Origin: Octopus vulgaris
Lineage: Eukaryota
Assembly (NCBI GenBank): GCA_951406725.2
Contig: OX597828.1
Span: 43,152,001-43,216,000, forward strand
Direction: 5' to 3'
Length of the DNA stretch: 64,000 nucleotides
This document shows, one piece after another, positions 58,376 to 64,000 of this stretch (within the stretch, counting starts at the first letter, position 1; each line of letters opens with the position of its first letter). The notes beneath the pieces were generated by a model, which saw only the letters and a program-made list of their open reading frames with translations, ran no database searches and was not told the origin of the DNA. A program made the position numbers and the translations under genes.

Positions 58376-58585
58376 GAGGTGCAATGGCCTAGTGGTTAGG
58401 GCAGCGGACTCGCGGTCGTAGGAACGCGGTTTCGATTCCCAGACCGGGTGTTTTGAGTGTTTATTGAGCGAAAACACCTAAAGCCCCACGAGGCTCCGGC
58501 AGGGGGTGGTGGCGATCCCTGGGGTCGATTTGTTCAACCAAAGGCGGTGCCCATGCATGACCGCAGTCAAATGACTGAAAAAAAA
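58376..58585 (+). mobile_element. Chimeric SINE (family C head plus family B tail)
   Basis: C head to ~58520, then CTGGGGTCGATTTG..AAAGGCGGTGC..CGCAGTCAAATGACTGAAA. Confidence 0.8.
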
Positions 58586-59647
58586 AAAGAAAATAGGAGA
58601 ATACATACATGCATCCACACAGGTGCAGCTTAAGTTGGACAGGATAAAACATGAGTACAGAAAGTAATATACAGTAGCGACAAATGAAGTATCAATACGT
58701 TTCGACTTAAACATAGATGTTCTGTTAGAACAGACTATACTGTGGTATTTTCTCGAGAGAAACCCTACCATACGATTTTGATGTAGAATGCACGCCTGTT
58801 TGTTTATATCACCAGCGAGGAGATAACTCCCGACAAAATCCAGCGCCAAAACATCAACATCACGTTATTTCGATCGTCCTTTATTTCCTCGGTGATGGAT
58901 GCTCGACCGCTAGAAATAGCAACTACTCATCTGTCCGGTAGCGATATATAGAAAACCAGTGGCAGAACAGACACTGGGTGTCGCGATTAGCTAGTTAGAT
59001 TGTTAATATATATATATATATATTAGCGACACAGGCAGATAAAACAGAAAATAATGTTTTATTGAACCTTGCCAATCATCAGATATTTATATGTAGGTTG
59101 TAAGTATTTATAAATATTTATAAGTATTTATATGCCGTTTAGTAATTATTATATAGCAACTCATTGAAAACCATTTAGAACTGACAGGACAGGATATTAT
59201 TAGCATACATGAATATTTGTTTTTCCGTTACGGTCAATCGCTTGCCATTCAACAGGTTCCTGTTACATGAAATCGTAATAATACCTTTGCCAATTAGCTT
59301 TAAATGTTCATTCGATAAGTTTTTGTTTTTTAAAATAATGCTTCTTAATCATAGTAATTTTCTAAATACTCATGACTGCCTGATGATCGGGTTAATGAAA
59401 CTCAGCTTGTAAAAATCTCTTCAACTTTGGTAGAACATAAAGTGTGTGTGTGTTTAAGTATGTGTTTATATATAAACGAGCTGACGAGATCTATAGATGT
59501 CTGAAGTCTTCATCTCTGTGGAGGTTTGTTTGTCATATTTCAATAAGCAAGAATATGGGAGCTCGTTTATATAGTGAGACTCAGCTTGTAAAACTCTCCT
59601 CAACTTTAGTAGAACATAAAGTGTGTGTGTGTTTAAGTATGTGTTTA

Positions 59648-59985
59648 TATATAAACGAGCTCCCATATTCTTGCTTATTGAAAGATGACAAACAAACCCC
59701 CACAGAGATGAAGACTTCAGACATCTATAGATCTCGTCAGCGCGTGTACACAGTGGTATGACTGGTAATATTTGACGGAAATCCCCTGCAAGGAAAAACG
59801 ATTAAGCCCCCACCCCATAATGGCAGTCATTTTTCTAATATCTCTTAGTGACCTATCTAGGGCTTCTAGTGTCCCACGGTGTGCCATGCTGCATTCATCC
59901 CAGACAATAAGTGTAGTTTGGAGCAAAACCTCCGCCGTCGATGATCGTTTTGAAATATTTCACAACTGGGCATCGCTGAAGTGAG
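59648..59985 (-). mobile_element. Helitron PIF1-like helicase pseudogene fragment
   Basis: LIVWDECSMAHRGTLEALDRSLRDIR (Walker B), then after a frameshift LAGDFRQILPVIP..TRADEIYRCLKSSSLW..LSISKNM. Confidence 0.85.
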
Positions 59986-61439
59986 TTTTCTTGAGCAGTT
60001 TTCTTTGCAGCCCTTGTTCGTGGAAACGAATGAGATTGTCTTCGTTTTGGTGGCATTGATGAAAAGAACGAACGATTAAGGAACATATAAGATAGAAGAC
60101 ATAGCAATCTGAAGTTGTGCAATGTATGATTTCATTTTTTAGTAACGAACGAAGAGATGTGGAAAAATTCACATGTCAATTTATAAACTGTTATTATGAG
60201 AAGCGGTAAACTCTAAACGATTTAGCTATGGTCTGTGTTAATAAGCGTAACGCCTTCTGTTAGCTGATATATAGTGGAGTGGATTACTGGCATAATGGAA
60301 GTTATTGTTTGTCCAGAAGTGAAACGGAAGGGTACAATCTGCATGAAAGTAATTTATGTTCTTAAGAAAGATCACAAAATATGTCCTGTTACATCGAATA
60401 AGAAGGGGTTAATATTATATTGTTCAGAAATCACGTGTTCAAAAATATAATTATCCCCCATCCCCACTAAAATTTCCTAACTTTTAACTGTTTTTCTAAT
60501 TTTGTATTTGAAAAATACAGAGATTATGAATCTGGGAAATATAATTTAATCTTCAAAGTATAGTTTTTCTGAAAGAAATACTGTCTGTCCCTTCCCCCAC
60601 CTCTGCCAGCCATAGTTACCCGCTTTCGAGAGAAATACAAATTACCTGTAGGGAAAACATAGGAATGTGAGTAAATTGAGGAAAGAAATAAAGGTGGCGG
60701 TACGCAAATGACATCTCGGACATGCTAGAAACAACAGGTAAAGGACAAGATTTCTGAGATAGCTTCCTTGTAAGTTTCAATGAAAGATCAGGTTTTCACA
60801 TACGCTTCTCACAAACAAGAATGACAGAATAGGATAAGATAATCTCCGTAGGATTTTGAGCTGTAATTTAGCGCACAACAAGAAATAACATAATTCATGC
60901 AGAACTTTAACTGTGTGTGTGCCAAAGAAAGTTATTTTTGCATACCTTTCTTAATTCCAAAAGAAGGAAATGAAGTTAGTGAAGTTGTAAACATGTTGAC
61001 AACATAACGTTTCTGTACATTATAATGAGAAATTGAAAGAGAGAGATAATGCCTATTTCTACGCATGTGTGAAATATGGGACGAAAGTGAAAATGACTGA
61101 AAATTATGCGATCCGATCTCGTTTCCGAGGTACTCAACGTTTCCTTCTCTCCTGCTTCCCCTCCCTTTGTGCCAGCTTTCTTACACCTTCACCTATAGAA
61201 CATACATAGTATCAACTTTCTGACATCTTTCTTTCACTTTCAACTATAGATATGAAACATCAGCATTTCTCTCTCACCAGCTATCCCTGTCTTTTATCTT
61301 CTCCTATAGAAACTTGTTTTCTGTCTCTGTTTCTTTCTCTTGTCTTTCTGTTTTTCTCTCGCTCATTCCGTAACATAAAATTTTATTTCTTTATGCTTTG
61401 AAGACAGCAGAAATTGAAAGAAAAAAGAAAGCGAAAAGT

Positions 61440-61476
<37 letters not shown>

Positions 61477-61843
61477 AGAAAGTAAAGCAGATGAGAAAGT
61501 GGAAGATGTGCATACGTGTATATGAAATGGACATGCATGTGTAGGTGTATGTGTGCACGTGTGTGCGAGAGAGAGAAAGAGAAATAGAGAAAGAGAGAGT
61601 GAGTGAAGGTGTGTGTCGCGATGACGGATGTGTTTTAAGGTACACACTATTATAGAAAATGTGACGAGATCGTCGTCGTATAAAATGTTTACGATAGTTG
61701 ACTTGTGGAAAAGATAATACTTTTAATTTTTGTAATGCAAATATATGAATGAAAATAAAGTTTAGTTGGTAGCTGAAAGAGTACTGAATCATTTGATACC
61801 CCATACGTCAATATCGGTAACTCGGTTTTCGAATGCATTAGGA

Positions 61844-61880
<37 letters not shown>

Positions 61881-61907
61881 AACTCTCTTTTATAAATATA
61901 TTTTATA

Positions 61908-61947
<40 letters not shown>

Positions 61948-61952
61948 CACAT

Positions 61953-62025
<73 letters not shown>

Positions 62026-63059
62026 CGTATTTTACATTCGTTGATGATGTTCTGAACTTATTGTGTATGATTTTGGTATTTTTTTCCTGTACTTATCTCT
62101 TGTCTTTACGTATTGATGATGTCCTGTACACTTGATGATGATGTCCTGTACACAAGGTGTATTTTTCATTTTATATATATGTGTGTGTGCGTGTGTGTAT
62201 AAGAGACCAAAAGTGTATGTACGCCGCTGTATGTATATATATAAAACAAAACAAACGTAGCAGACAGCAACAAAACAATGGGACAGTTAGACGATACAAA
62301 AAATACTTCTACTCCCTTGCCCTAACCTCTCTCCTCTCCTTCCACGTGACCGGTATTCTGCCAAGCCAGACCTTTCTTTCTTGGTTCAACAACCATCCGT
62401 GTATTCCTTCCCATGACTTTCATCTCCTATATCTCCACCATAAGGCTTCACTTCCATACACACCAGCTTAATTTAATTCGTCCTTAGTTGAAAGACACCT
62501 GTTGTTAATGCCCTGTTGTTTGTATTTGTATTTGTGTAACATTTCCCCGTTTTCTTCGCCCTTGTTTTCGTATACATTCGCTTGCTCTCTTCCAAGGAAT
62601 CTAGTGCTCCTAGCTTAGACTTTCTTGGGGCCGGCCAAATTGGAGCAGTCTGCTGCGAAAATCTGGAACTCGACTGAACATAGAACACTGCGAATGATCC
62701 ATCCTTGTTTTTTCATGTCCGTTTTTGTATCGTCTAACTGTCCGAATGTTTTGTTGTTACGTTTGTTTACTTTTGTATATATATATAAATATATACATAC
62801 ACAAGCACAGATTGATGCATGGCATATATAGATGTAGAAATATAGATATAGATACACATAAATATATTAAAAAATGTATGTATTTGTATGCGTGTCGACG
62901 AGTATTTCAACGATGGACATGAGGAAATGTGTGTCGTTATACATATTCCGTCTAGATATTCTGTTTATTAATTTATCTATATTTCGGCATATTCAACTAA
63001 TATTCATATCGTATATACATACACAGGGACATATACGTTTTTGTTTATTTATATCTGTG

Positions 63060-63140
<81 letters not shown>

Positions 63141-63161
63141 ATATATATATCTATATCTATG

Positions 63162-63254
<93 letters not shown>

Positions 63255-63306
63255 GTGTGTGTGTGTGTGTGTGTCTGTCTATCTAGCTACCTATTTATGT
63301 CTCTGC

Positions 63307-63388
<82 letters not shown>

Positions 63389-63460
63389 CTCTCTCTCTCT
63401 CTCTCTCTCTTTCTATCTATCTATCTAGTTATCTGTCTATGTATATACATACATACAAAG

Positions 63461-63529
<69 letters not shown>

Positions 63530-63619
63530 AATATATATATTTCCATATACGTATATATATATATATATATACATATATGCGTACATATACAATTCTGTAT
63601 ATATCTATAAGCATATATT

Positions 63620-63657
<38 letters not shown>

Positions 63658-63703
63658 AAAGTATGCGTATGTATATGTATATATATGTACATGTATGGTA
63701 ATG

Positions 63704-63771
<68 letters not shown>

Positions 63772-64000
63772 TTATATATATATATTTATATACACATATA
63801 CATATATATATGTAAGTATGTGTGTGTGTGTGTGTGTGTGTGTGTTTGTATATGTATCGTATATATATATATATTTGCACTTTGGCAACTAATTACACAG
63901 AAACTATATTGGATTGTGTACCATTTAGCAATGCTGTTTCCACGCTATTAACAGAGTTATCGTTATAGATCTCCTTTCACTCCCCCGATTCTATCATTGC

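Noticed and set aside
58858-58898. Minus-strand CATCA-CCGAGGA...GAAA-TAACG-TGATG hammerhead-like pattern
   Set aside because: Weak stem II and no valid stem III or cleavage triplet.
59481-59500. CTGACGA as a hammerhead core
   Set aside because: It is part of the helicase coding remnant (ADE codons); no GAAA or stems follow.

Overview
This is AT-rich, microsatellite-saturated metazoan DNA. The SINE families and repeat landscape look like an octopus/cephalopod genome (inference). I found no host protein-coding exon I can support; nearly all listed ORFs are translations of (TA)n, (CA)n, (TAG)n, (TCTA)n or (GGT)n tracts. Recognisable content: 3' fragments of R4/Dong-, CR1- and RTE-clade LINEs, a decayed Penelope-like element (PLE) ORF, a mariner transposase remnant, a Helitron helicase remnant plus a complete non-autonomous Helitron, a 5S rRNA pseudogene, many tRNA-derived SINEs, MITE-like hairpins, and a 3.3-kb GGT-based minisatellite with higher-order structure. 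The main unexpected signal is a dense population of type I hammerhead-ribozyme (HHR) motifs. The best example is a near-perfect 493-bp tandem array at 52154-54765 that inverts in the middle and carries a canonical HHR in each complete unit, which is a retrozyme-like organisation. Beside it is a 1.08-kb palindrome whose two HHRs have a compensatory U3-A8 core. About 12 further minimal or degenerate HHR motifs lie in dispersed repeats. Ribozyme activity is predicted from sequence only.
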